From positions 1 through 14,002 of IMG/VR virus record IMGVR_UViG_2695420617_000005: a DNA stretch of 14,002 nt, one strand, 5' to 3'. A model generated the notes under the pieces. It had not been told where the DNA came from. It saw only the letters and a list, made by a program, of their open reading frames with translations, and did no database searches. Positions 6,781 to 14,002 of this stretch are shown piece by piece. How positions within the stretch are numbered: the stretch's first letter is position 1; every line of letters begins with the position of its first letter. The translations under genes and the position numbers were made by a program. Source of the DNA: a virus. Taxonomy: Duplodnaviria; Heunggongvirae; Uroviricota; Caudoviricetes.

Positions 6781-7160
6781 TGAGGCATATATCACCGGAA
6801 GAACTTATTGCGCTTCATGATGCGAATATAAGCCGCTACGGCGGCCTGCCGGGAATGTCTGATCCGGGTAGGGCAGAGGCCATTATCGGGAGAGTTCAGG
6901 CCAGAGTTGCCTACGAAGAGATCACCGACCTTTTCGAAGTCTCCGCCACCTACCTGGTAGCTACAGCGAGAGGGCATATATTCAATGATGCCAATAAGCG
7001 TACCGCGCTAAACAGTGCGCTGCTATTTCTACGCCGTAACGGGGTGCAGGTATTTGATTCACCTGAACTGGCAGACCTTACCGTAGGCGGTGCGACTGGC
7101 GAGATATCTGTATCTTCTGTCGCCGACACGTTACGTAGATTGTATGGTTCTGCGGAGTAG
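6780..7160 (+). CDS. doc: Doc toxin, Fic-fold kinase (126 aa)
   Basis: [25 protein letters not shown]... with the Fic-type motif HIFNDANKR; matches P1 Doc as recalled. Confidence 0.95.
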
Positions 7161-7164
7161 ATTA

Positions 7165-7344
7165 ATGGCACGTAAATACAACAAATTGTCCCGTGAAGCG
7201 TTAAAGATGCTTCTTGATGGTGTGAGCCGCAGCGAGGTAAAGCAATACCTGGTTGGTAAGCAAATTGGTGCCAGGACCGCTATTGCTGTGTTATGCCGTC
7301 AGGAAATGGTTGTGCTTAAACAGAGAATGCTGGGCAGCAGATAA
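7165..7344 (+). CDS. pdcA: Small protein downstream of doc (59 aa), corresponding by position to P1 pdcA
   Basis: ATG 4 nt after the doc stop. Name assigned from recalled P1 gene order (doc-pdcA-pdcB-lpa), not from sequence recognition. Confidence 0.55.
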   Translation: MARKYNKLSREALKMLLDGVSRSEVKQYLVGKQIGARTAIAVLCRQEMVVLKQRMLGSR

Positions 7345-7371
7345 AGCCCAATCAGTGATGAAAGGTGTGAT

Positions 7372-8415
7372 GTGAAAGCCGTAATTACTCCCTTTGTACA
7401 AAAAGAGCTTGGCGTCGCCACATTCAAAGTGGATCAGGAAGTCAGAAAGCTGGTGGAGGCTGGCCGTAAATTTATTATGGAGCCGGTGCCGCGTGAGTTA
7501 ATCGAGCACATGGACGACGGCCTCGTTGTTTCCGAGCAAACTATGGCAACAAATGAGGCGTTGCAGCCGTTTTTTAACAGCGATGAACTGTTTCGCCGTA
7601 TTGGTGGAATTGACGCGCTGGTGGCGTGGTTGCGCAGGAAAGAGGGGCAATGCCAGGCCGCAGATCGTAGCTGGTGTGACAACCATATTGTCCACGCAGA
7701 ACGAGACAATAGCGCGGTGTTGTTGTGCTGGCATCACGATAACCATTACCGGATGCGTGGTTTTAATGAGTTGAAAGAAACGCTGCATAATAATCGCGTT
7801 AACTGGATACTGGATGTCGCCCGTCAGGAAATGGGGCTTTCAGATGGCCATGATTTAAGTATTCAGGAACTGTGCTGGTGGGCTTTCATGCGCAACATGA
7901 TGCACCTGATGCCGGAAGAAGTTTGCCGTATATCAATAAATAAGATGAAAGCCGCAACGCAGGATAGCGGACCTCTGAAAGAGGCGGATATTCGCCCGTA
8001 TGACGATCGCGCTACAGCATATGTTCAGATGATGGAAGAACGCGCCGCGCCGATGCGTGCAAAAGTATGCCCTGTGGATGTTGACTCCGACCCAAGTATG
8101 GCGCATTTCAAGATACCAAAACTTCAATCGCTAAAATTGCCCGAGTACATGGACTTTGTGGCTTCCCGTCCATGCTGTGGCTGTGGAGCTGCGGGAGCTG
8201 GCGCTCACATTACGCCTTATATCGTTCGTCATAGTCGATTATGCGCGCATGACATTTATGCTATTCCTCTGTGCCAGTCATGCCAGCGTGATATTGAGCG
8301 TGACCGCGATAATTGGGAGAAGACGCACGGTAGGCTGGCGATGCATCAACGATTGTTCTTTGATTACGCGCTTGGAGTCGGCGCTATCACAAGTCATTCG
8401 TCGAGTGTTAGATAA
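7372..8415 (+). CDS. pdcB: pdcB-position protein, 347 aa, Cys/His-rich C-terminal region
   Basis: GTG start with AAAGGTG RBS (start uncertain). C-terminal cluster RPCCGCG...H...RH...LCAHD...PLCQSCQRD and upstream CWHHDNHY. Name from recalled gene order only. Confidence 0.65.
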   Translation: MKAVITPFVQKELGVATFKVDQEVRKLVEAGRKFIMEPVPRELIEHMDDGLVVSEQTMATNEALQPFFNSDELFRRIGGIDALVAWLRRKEGQCQAADRSWCDNHIVHAERDNSAVLLCWHHDNHYRMRGFNELKETLHNNRVNWILDVARQEMGLSDGHDLSIQELCWWAFMRNMMHLMPEEVCRISINKMKAATQDSGPLKEADIRPYDDRATAYVQMMEERAAPMRAKVCPVDVDSDPSMAHFKIPKLQSLKLPEYMDFVASRPCCGCGAAGAGAHITPYIVRHSRLCAHDIYAIPLCQSCQRDIERDRDNWEKTHGRLAMHQRLFFDYALGVGAITSHSSSVR

Positions 8416-8416
8416 A

Positions 8417-8433
8417 ATTGCTCTAATGTATTG
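8417..8433 (+). promoter_or_regulatory. C1 repressor operator (ATTGCTCTAATGTATTG) overlapping the lpa promoter -35
   Basis: 14/17 match to the recalled P1 C1 operator consensus ATTGCTCTAATAAATTT, with the first 11 positions exact. Confidence 0.6.
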
Positions 8434-8458
8434 CTATTTCTTTAATCGAGGGTATTAT
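8431..8458 (+). promoter_or_regulatory. Putative sigma70 promoter for lpa (-35 TTGCTA, 16-bp spacer, -10 TATTAT)
   Basis: TTGCTA at 8431-8436 and TATTAT at 8453-8458, about 45 bp upstream of the lpa start. Confidence 0.45.
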
Positions 8459-8503
8459 ATTCGACGTTGATTAGTTGACATGGGCTAATCAGTAGGTGAC
8501 AGG

Positions 8504-8956
8504 ATGTTACTTAACTGGCAGGGACGCCACTTCATGGAAATAAATCACTCACGAATAACATCGTACGAGATTGCGGATTACATGATCCGTACTAAATCTC
8601 TTCTATCAGCGAAAGAACTCGCAGCAATTCTTGAAAAGGAATACCCGCATCTGGATGTCGATAAGCGCGATGTTTATCTGCGCTTAAAGGCTATCGCTGT
8701 GTCTAAGTATTCGTCTGTTTTGATTGATGACAGTACACGCCCACGTAGATTTCAGATCCACTCTCTGAATCCTGAATTCTTTCGCCGCAGCCGCGCTCCG
8801 CGCCGGTTTGATGAAAAACTCCAGAACGAACTCTATATGACGCAGGACGAAAAGGAACGCCGGGAGCACCAGCCTTGGGTGATGGCGCGTCAACTTTTCA
8901 ATAAGGTGGTCCGTCAGCACCGTCATTACGGTAATGCCACATCCGCACGTATCTGA
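8504..8956 (+). CDS. lpa: Lpa, late promoter activator (150 aa)
   Basis: Position between pdcB and pacA with a C1-operator-controlled promoter, as expected for P1 lpa. Start could be ATG 8504 or the in-frame Met at 8534. Confidence 0.75.
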   Translation: MLLNWQGRHFMEINHSRITSYEIADYMIRTKSLLSAKELAAILEKEYPHLDVDKRDVYLRLKAIAVSKYSSVLIDDSTRPRRFQIHSLNPEFFRRSRAPRRFDEKLQNELYMTQDEKERREHQPWVMARQLFNKVVRQHRHYGNATSARI

Positions 8957-8966
8957 TTGATTGCTT

Positions 8967-8984
8967 GCCCGTTCCGGGCCTTTT
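8967..8984 (+). terminator. Possible short intrinsic terminator after lpa (GCCCG-ttc-CGGGC + CTTTT)
   Basis: 5-bp GC stem with 3-nt loop followed by a short T-run; weak by stem length. Confidence 0.35.
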
Positions 8985-9042
8985 GACATGTGACTTTCGT
9001 TACCCTCGCGTCAAAAAGAGTTTTATACGAAAGGAAGCATAA

Positions 9043-10236
9043 GTGACCTGGGACGATCACAAGAAGAATTTTGCTCGCCTGGCGCGAGATGGTGGTTACA
9101 CCATCGCACAATATGCCGCCGAGTTTAATCTCAACCCAAACACCGCACGTCGTTATCTCCGTGCATTCAAAGAAGACACCGGAACAGCGGACAGCCGTAA
9201 GCCAAATAAGCCTGTCAGAAAACCACTAAAAAGCATGATCATTGATCACGCTAATGATCAACGTGCAGGTGATCACGTTGTGGCTGAAATGGCTGAAAAA
9301 CAAAGAGTTAATGCTGTTGTCAGTGCCGCAGTCGAGAACGCGAAGCGCCAGAATAAGCGCATAAATGATCGTTCTGATGATCATGACGTGATCACCCGCG
9401 CCCACCGGACCTTACGTGATCGCCTGGAACGCGACACCCTGGATGATGATGGTGAACGCTTTGAATTCGAAGCTGGCGATTACCTGATAGATAACGTTGA
9501 AGCGCGGAAGGCCGCGCGCGCTATGTTGCGTCGGTCCGGGGCTGATGTTCTGGAAACCACTCTTCTGGAAAAGTCTCTCTCTCATCTCCTTATGCTGGAG
9601 AACGCCAGGGATACGTGTATTCGCCTGGTGCAGGAAATGCGCGATCAGCAAAAAGACGATGATGAAGGTACTCCGCCTGAATACCGTATCGCGAGCATGC
9701 TAAACAGCTGTTCCGCGCAGATAAGCAGCCTGATCAACACCATTTACAGCATCCGGAATAACTATCGAAAAGAAAGCCGGGAGGCGGAAAAGCACGCTTT
9801 GTCTATGGGGCAAGCTGGCATTGTTAAGCTGGCATACGAACGAAAGCGTGAAAATAACTGGTCAGTGCTGGAAGCAGCTGAATTCATCGAGGCGCATGGC
9901 GGGAAAGTGCCGCCCCTGATGCTGGAGCAAATCAAAGCCGATCTGCGTGCTCCTAAGACCAATACCGATGATGAGGAAAGGCAAACAGCCGTCGGTGGCC
10001 CTTCTCTTGAAGATCTGGACAAAGTTGCGCGAGAACGGGCCGCCAACCGCCGCGCGGATGCCGCATTGTGGATTGAGCAGCGTAGGGAAGAAATCGCCGA
10101 TATCGTTGATACAGGCGGTTATGGAGATGTTGATACTGAAGGTGTATCAAACGACCCATGGCTGGAACAAGACCTGGACGAAGACGAGGAGGAAGACGAA
10201 GAAGTTACCCGCAAGCTATACGGGGATGATGATTAA
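9043..10236 (+). CDS. pacA: PacA, terminase/pacase subunit (397 aa); contains the pac site
   Basis: GTG start with AAAGGAAG RBS. Begins [28 protein letters not shown]..., length 397 aa, acidic C-tail; pac hexamer array lies inside the gene. Confidence 0.9.
   Translation: MTWDDHKKNFARLARDGGYTIAQYAAEFNLNPNTARRYLRAFKEDTGTADSRKPNKPVRKPLKSMIIDHANDQRAGDHVVAEMAEKQRVNAVVSAAVENAKRQNKRINDRSDDHDVITRAHRTLRDRLERDTLDDDGERFEFEAGDYLIDNVEARKAARAMLRRSGADVLETTLLEKSLSHLLMLENARDTCIRLVQEMRDQQKDDDEGTPPEYRIASMLNSCSAQISSLINTIYSIRNNYRKESREAEKHALSMGQAGIVKLAYERKRENNWSVLEAAEFIEAHGGKVPPLMLEQIKADLRAPKTNTDDEERQTAVGGPSLEDLDKVARERAANRRADAALWIEQRREEIADIVDTGGYGDVDTEGVSNDPWLEQDLDEDEEEDEEVTRKLYGDDD
9236..9394. other. P1 pac packaging site: 4 + 3 TGATC(A/G) hexamers, each with a Dam GATC
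   Basis: TGATCA at 9236, 9243, 9255, 9270; TGATCG at 9366; TGATCA at 9378, 9389. Matches the known pac architecture; cleavage region is the roughly 90-bp spacer between the clusters. Confidence 0.85.
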
Positions 10237-11720
10237 TGGCCAGAAGTTGCGTAACGGATCCACGTTGGCGCGAGCTGGTGGCGCTATATCGTTATGACTG
10301 GATTGCGGCCGCTGATGTTTTGTTCGGCAAAACACCTACCTGGCAGCAGGATCTGATTATTGAGTCTGTGCAGGAACAGGGTAGCAAGACATCTGTTTCG
10401 TCTGGTCACGGTACCGGGAAATCAGACATGACTTCTATCATGATCATGTTGTTCATAATCATGTATCCCGGTGCCCGCGCTATTATCGTTGCGAACAAAA
10501 TTCAGCAGGTAATGACCGGTATATTCAAGTACATCAAGATAAACTGGGCTACTGCCACCAGCCGTTTCCCATGGCTTGCTGATTATTTTGTTCTGACAGA
10601 AACCGCTTTCTATGAGGTTACTGGTAAAGGTGTATGGACTGTAGTACCGAAGGGCTTTCGTCTGGGAAGTGAAGAAGCTCTCGCCGGTGAACACGCAGAT
10701 CATCTTCTGTATATTATCGATGAAGCCTCCGGTGTCAGTGATAGAGCTTTCGGTATCATCACCGGTGCTCTTACCGGACAGGATAACCGCATCTTATTAC
10801 TGTCACAGCCTACACGCCCAAGCGGCTATTTCTACGATACACACCATAAACTGGCCAAGCGTCCTGGTAACCCTGATGGCGTTTATACGGCGATCACGCT
10901 TAACAGTGAGGAATCACCGCTGGTAACGCCAGCATTTATCAAAATGAAGCTGGCGGAGTACGGCGGGCGTGATAACCCTATGTACATGATTAAGGTACGC
11001 GGCCTATTCCCTAAATCACAGGATGGCTTCCTTCTTGGACGTGATGAGGTTGAACGTGCAACGCGGCGGAAAGTCAAGATTGCAAAAGGATGGGGCTGGC
11101 TTGCATGTGTGGACGTTGCTGGTGGTACGGGACGGGATAAGTCCGTTATCAATATCATGATGGTGTCCGGCCAGCGAAATAAACGCCGTGTAATCAACTA
11201 TCGAATGCTGGAATACACAGACGTTACAGAAACGCAGCTTGCCGCCAAAATTTTCGCAGAATGTAATCCTGAGCGATTCCCAAATATCACCATAGCGATA
11301 GACGGCGATGGCCTGGGTAAAGCAACGGCGGATCTGATGTACGAGTATTATGGTATTACCGTACAGCGTATACGCTGGGGTAAAAAGATGCATAGCCGTG
11401 AAGATAAGAGCCTGTACTTTGATAAACGTGCTTATGCCAACGTTCAAGCCGCAGAGGCCGTAAAATCTGGTCGTATGAGACTGGATAAGGGTAATGAAAC
11501 TATTGAGGAAGCGTCGAAAATCCCTGTAGGGATTAACTCCGCAGGTCAATGGAAGGTGATGAGTAAGGAGGATATGAAGAAAAAACTCAACCTGCACTCA
11601 CCAGACCATTGGGATACATATTGTTTCGCTATGCTGGCGGATTATGTTCCCCAGGATGAAGTGCTTAGCGTCGAAGACGAAGCGCAGGTTGATGAAGCTC
11701 TGGCATGGCTTAATGAATAA
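10236..11720 (+). CDS. pacB: PacB, terminase large/ATPase subunit (494 aa)
   Basis: TAATG overlap with pacA. Walker A-like P-loop [10 protein letters not shown] near the N-terminus; length 494 aa. Confidence 0.9.
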   Translation: MARSCVTDPRWRELVALYRYDWIAAADVLFGKTPTWQQDLIIESVQEQGSKTSVSSGHGTGKSDMTSIMIMLFIIMYPGARAIIVANKIQQVMTGIFKYIKINWATATSRFPWLADYFVLTETAFYEVTGKGVWTVVPKGFRLGSEEALAGEHADHLLYIIDEASGVSDRAFGIITGALTGQDNRILLLSQPTRPSGYFYDTHHKLAKRPGNPDGVYTAITLNSEESPLVTPAFIKMKLAEYGGRDNPMYMIKVRGLFPKSQDGFLLGRDEVERATRRKVKIAKGWGWLACVDVAGGTGRDKSVINIMMVSGQRNKRRVINYRMLEYTDVTETQLAAKIFAECNPERFPNITIAIDGDGLGKATADLMYEYYGITVQRIRWGKKMHSREDKSLYFDKRAYANVQAAEAVKSGRMRLDKGNETIEEASKIPVGINSAGQWKVMSKEDMKKKLNLHSPDHWDTYCFAMLADYVPQDEVLSVEDEAQVDEALAWLNE

Positions 11721-11744
11721 CTCATTGACCATGCCGGATAGAAA

Positions 11745-12596
11745 CTATTGCGCGCTTTCGGGGTTGTCGTTTACCGGCTGCCCCTTCTTAGTTTTACGGC
11801 TGCGCGTAACTGATGCGGCTGATTTGACCTTTTTCTCTTCGCGAGTGATGGCAATTTGTTTTTTTACATTTTCAATATCTGCCAGGCGATATATTTTTGC
11901 CTGCGGCCAGCGGTCGCAGATGATCGGTTCTATGGAGTCATAAAGGCTAAATTTTGCTTTCTCGAATTCACCGTTGATGATGATTCCATCACGGAGAGTT
12001 TCATCGCAGATAAACACACCACACAGCGGCACATGGTAACTAACTGATTTACCATCATTGTAGTTAGGGCTACTGGAAATGTAATGGACGCGTAGCATTG
12101 TTTCGCTAAAGCCGTGTACACGCATACGGAATTTTTCATCCTCCGGGTACTGCTTCATTAGCTCTTTTGTTGCTTCCAGGTTCTCTATGTATTTCGCACT
12201 GTGCTCATTGATCCCCGCGCTTTTCTGGATGCGAATGTCCTTATCAATCAGATGAATAATGCGGCCAGCGGTCATGTTGACGCTGTTCACAGCTTCTGTC
12301 TGATAAGTCGTAACCTTACGCACACCGCGAAGGATGTTAGGCACTGGATATAAAATAGTCTTTGGGATATTGAGGTCTGGGTACTGTTCCAGTTCCCGCG
12401 CCATTAAAGTCCATTTATCAATTTCAGCCTGAATGCTGTCCGTTTCTTTGAACGGCAGAACGACAACCGGGCGAACAGGACGACCGTCGCTGGCGGCATC
12501 AACGTGTTGGGCGCGTGCAACAGCTTTTTTTAGAAAGAGATCCCTGAAGCTGACGAACTCCTGGTACAGTTGTTCGCCGTAGACATAATTTATCAT
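11745..12596 (-). CDS. c1: C1 master repressor of lysogeny (283 aa)
   Basis: MINYVYGEQLYQEFVSFRDLFLKK..., 283 aa, GGAGGAGG RBS. Convergent with pacB, adjacent to coi and the operator cluster. Confidence 0.9.
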   Translation of the reverse strand: MINYVYGEQLYQEFVSFRDLFLKKAVARAQHVDAASDGRPVRPVVVLPFKETDSIQAEIDKWTLMARELEQYPDLNIPKTILYPVPNILRGVRKVTTYQTEAVNSVNMTAGRIIHLIDKDIRIQKSAGINEHSAKYIENLEATKELMKQYPEDEKFRMRVHGFSETMLRVHYISSSPNYNDGKSVSYHVPLCGVFICDETLRDGIIINGEFEKAKFSLYDSIEPIICDRWPQAKIYRLADIENVKKQIAITREEKKVKSAASVTRSRKTKKGQPVNDNPESAQ

Positions 12597-12619
12597 TGAT
12601 CCTCCTCCAGAATTGACAT

Positions 12620-12660
12620 GGCCAACAACTCACAGCGGATTACACTGGGAGTTGTTGGCC
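12620..12660. repeat. 12-bp perfect inverted repeat (GGCCAACAACTC ... GAGTTGTTGGCC, 17-nt loop) in the coi-c1 intergenic region
   Basis: Arms at 12620-12631 and 12649-12660, about 24 nt upstream of the c1 start codon on the transcribed strand; no U-tract on either strand. Confidence 0.5.
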
Positions 12661-12690
12661 ACCATTATAGAAGGATCCAACGAAAATAAT

Positions 12691-12707
12691 AGATTTATTA
12701 GTGCATT
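12691..12707 (-). promoter_or_regulatory. C1 operator-like site abutting the coi stop codon (candidate c1 autoregulatory operator)
   Basis: Minus-strand reading AATGCACTAATAAATCT, 14/17 to the recalled consensus. Confidence 0.45.
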
Positions 12708-12916
12708 TATTGTGAGTCTGGCTGGTTAGTGGCCATGAGATATTCGATTGTGTCAGTGAGATCATCCAGGTCGTCTTGGGTGATGCGGTACTCCTGATTG
12801 GATATCTTTGAGTAGTGTTCAGCAATGGCGCGGGCAGCGTCGGTTTCGGCGGGGTCTACAGATAAAGCGTTAGAGCAATGTCTAACGTCGTCGATGGTTG
12901 GTGGAATGAAAGCCAT
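12707..12916 (-). CDS. coi: Coi, C1 inactivator (69 aa)
   Basis: 69-aa ORF immediately upstream of c1 on the same strand, GAGG RBS; matches the P1 immC arrangement. Confidence 0.85.
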   Translation of the reverse strand: MAFIPPTIDDVRHCSNALSVDPAETDAARAIAEHYSKISNQEYRITQDDLDDLTDTIEYLMATNQPDSQ

Positions 12917-13154
12917 AATTATGCCTCACTGTATTGACAACACAGAGCCTGAAGCTCTGACCTACTGTTTCACCCATGATCCATGCTGGGGTAATCTAAC
13001 AACATTGCGCTGTGTGTAAGATGAGCAATGCATAGCTGTAATGCCGTTGTATAAGGTTTCCCTGTTTGCTCATTTCCTTCTGAGCCGCTCTACAACGCTG
13101 AAGACACATTAAATAGTGAATCCAAAGTCGTATTACGAAACGGCGGCAAAACTA

Positions 13155-13171
13155 TAATTTATTAGAGCAAT
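13155..13171 (-). promoter_or_regulatory. C1 operator (immC Op99-type), minus-strand ATTGCTCTAATAAATTA
   Basis: 16/17 match to the recalled consensus, upstream of the imcB/imcA-coi-c1 transcription unit. Confidence 0.65.
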
Positions 13172-13237
13172 TGTCAGACAACTATGAAAAACAATCCAGT
13201 TTTTGGCTGGTGGAGTGGGATTTTTCTCTCAAAATTT

Positions 13238-13254
13238 ATTGCTCTAATAATTCT
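13238..13254 (+). promoter_or_regulatory. C1 operator (immC Op99-type), plus-strand ATTGCTCTAATAATTCT
   Basis: 13 consecutive consensus positions; opposite orientation to the 13155 operator, about 67 bp away. Confidence 0.55.
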
Positions 13255-13297
13255 TGATTTTTATGCGCAGCTGGACGTAAACTCCTCTTCGGACCTA

Positions 13298-13331
13298 ATA
13301 ACTTCGTATAGCATACATTATACGAAGTAAA
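13298..13331. other. loxP site for Cre: 13-bp arm, 8-bp spacer GCATACAT, second arm with two outer-position differences
   Basis: ATAACTTCGTATA-GCATACAT-TATACGAAGTaAa versus canonical ...TATACGAAGTTAT. Spacer centre lies exactly 436 bp upstream of the cre ATG. Confidence 0.85.
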
Positions 13332-13402
13332 CTTAAGGGTTATTGAACATGATCAATTTACCTGTAAATCCATACAGTTCAATACCTTATCAGGTCAAAT
13401 AG

Positions 13403-13424
13403 TGATCACTTGATCATTTGATCA
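13403..13424. promoter_or_regulatory. Three TGATCA (Dam GATC) hexamers at 8-bp phasing in the cre upstream region
   Basis: TGATCA at 13403, 13411, 13419; the same hexamer as in pac. Dam-sensitive control of cre promoters is described for P1. Confidence 0.5.
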
Positions 13425-13429
13425 AGGTT

Positions 13430-13488
13430 GCGCTACGTAAAATCTGCGAAATGTTGGCAGTGTTAGTGCTCCAGATTTCGCGTAGCGC
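13430..13488. repeat. Imperfect 17-bp inverted repeat (15/17) with about 25-bp spacer upstream of the small ORF and cre
   Basis: GCGCTACGTAAAATCTG (13430-13446) and CAGATTTCGCGTAGCGC (13472-13488). Confidence 0.4.
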
Positions 13489-13520
13489 ACTTAGCACCAC
13501 CAATCAATCAGAGGTGAAAA

Positions 13521-13742
13521 ATGGGATATTCAGCTGCTAAAGTGTCCACTCATCTTGAGCTTGAGAAAAACCGTGGTTACTGGCGGGCAAAAGGGTTTGA
13601 GCGTGATAGTTACCAACTGTCATTATCTCGCGGTGAAGAAAAAATAGAACGCACGCGCGGTCGCTGGCGTTTCTATGACGAGAACCATAAACAGGTAAAG
13701 GCAGAGCCGATCCTGTACACTTTACTTAAAACCATTATCTGA
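13521..13742 (+). CDS. Small basic ORF (73 aa) between loxP and cre
   Basis: Strong SD AGAGGTGA about 5 nt before ATG 13521; stop TGA 13740-13742 is 7 nt before the cre ATG. Lys/Arg-rich, Trp/Tyr-containing. I do not recall whether an annotated P1 gene sits here. Confidence 0.5.
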   Translation: MGYSAAKVSTHLELEKNRGYWRAKGFERDSYQLSLSRGEEKIERTRGRWRFYDENHKQVKAEPILYTLLKTII

Positions 13743-13749
13743 GTGTTAA

Positions 13750-14002
13750 ATGTCCAATTTACTGACCGTACACCAAAATTTACCTGCATTACCGGTCGAT
13801 GCAACGAGTGATGAGGTTCGCAAGAACCTGATGGACATGTTCAGGGATCGCCAGGCGTTTTCTGAGCATACCTGGAAAATGCTTCTGTCCGTTTGCCGGT
13901 CGTGGGCGGCATGGTGCAAGTTGAATAACCGGAAATGGTTTCCCGCAGAAACTGAAGATGTTCGCGATTATCTTCTATATCTTCAGGCGCGCGGTCTGTT
14001 TG
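13750..14002 (+). CDS. cre: Cre tyrosine recombinase, N-terminal 84 codons (truncated by the window end)
   Basis: MSNLLTVHQNLPALPVDATSDEVRKNLMDMFRDRQAFSEHTWKMLLSVCRSWAAWCKLNNRKWFPAE... matches Cre as recalled; 436 bp from the loxP centre. Confidence 0.9.
   Translation, partial: MSNLLTVHQNLPALPVDATSDEVRKNLMDMFRDRQAFSEHTWKMLLSVCRSWAAWCKLNNRKWFPAETEDVRDYLLYLQARGLF

Noticed and set aside
7434-8470. Internal or antisense ORFs within pdcB (7434..7709 -, 7498..7788 -, 7526..7774 +, 7933..8127 -, 8156..8470 +)
   Set aside because: Nested in the pdcB reading frame region with no independent signals.
9412-10297. ORFs nested in pacA (9412..9651 -, 9497..9703 +, 9762..10046 -, 9947..10297 +, 9953..10159 -)
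   Set aside because: pacA is confidently identified over this span; the nested ORFs are alternative-frame artifacts.
10422-11597. Minus-strand ORFs inside pacB (including 11016..11597, 193 aa)
   Set aside because: Antisense to the Walker-A-containing pacB frame; no RBS.
12926-12942. CTGT-N9-ACAG motif (CTGTATTGACAACACAG) just upstream of coi as a second LexA box
   Set aside because: The spacer is 9 nt rather than the canonical 8, so it does not fit the LexA consensus geometry; possibly a degenerate site.
12917-13150. Expected tiny immC ORFs (imcB/imcA) upstream of coi
   Set aside because: No ORF of 60 aa or more is present on the minus strand here and I could not confidently place short ORFs by eye; left unannotated.
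1-14002. CRISPR arrays, rRNA/tRNA genes, IS elements
   Set aside because: No direct-repeat/spacer periodicity, no tRNA-like cloverleaf candidates and no terminal inverted repeats flanking a transposase-like ORF were seen; the only repeats are the pac hexamers, operators and short dyads described.

Overview
This window is a segment of a bacteriophage P1-like plasmid-prophage, identified by reading the sequence and recalling P1 proteins and sites from memory; no database search was run. The right 8 kb (about 6.0-14.0 kb) is the P1 core: a LexA box, humD, phd-doc, pdcA, pdcB, a C1 operator over the lpa promoter, lpa, pacA carrying the pac site (4+3 TGATC[A/G] hexamers), pacB, convergent c1 and coi, the immC C1 operators, loxP, and the start of cre 436 bp from the loxP centre. 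The left 6 kb (136-5922) is a compact block of 12 plus-strand ORFs and a divergent 2-gene minus-strand operon that I cannot assign to any family; this is where I would look for undescribed accessory or anti-defence functions. It includes a very acidic small protein, two zinc-finger-like small proteins, a Toprim-like protein and a lipoprotein. Positions 1-135 are not biological: low-complexity junk followed by a Nextera/Tn5 mosaic-end adapter, so the left contig edge is an artifact. Chi octamers are strongly over-represented (12 in 14 kb) with a 9:3 strand bias. Names given to P1 core genes rest on recalled sequences and gene order; all left-block functions are inference from motifs only.
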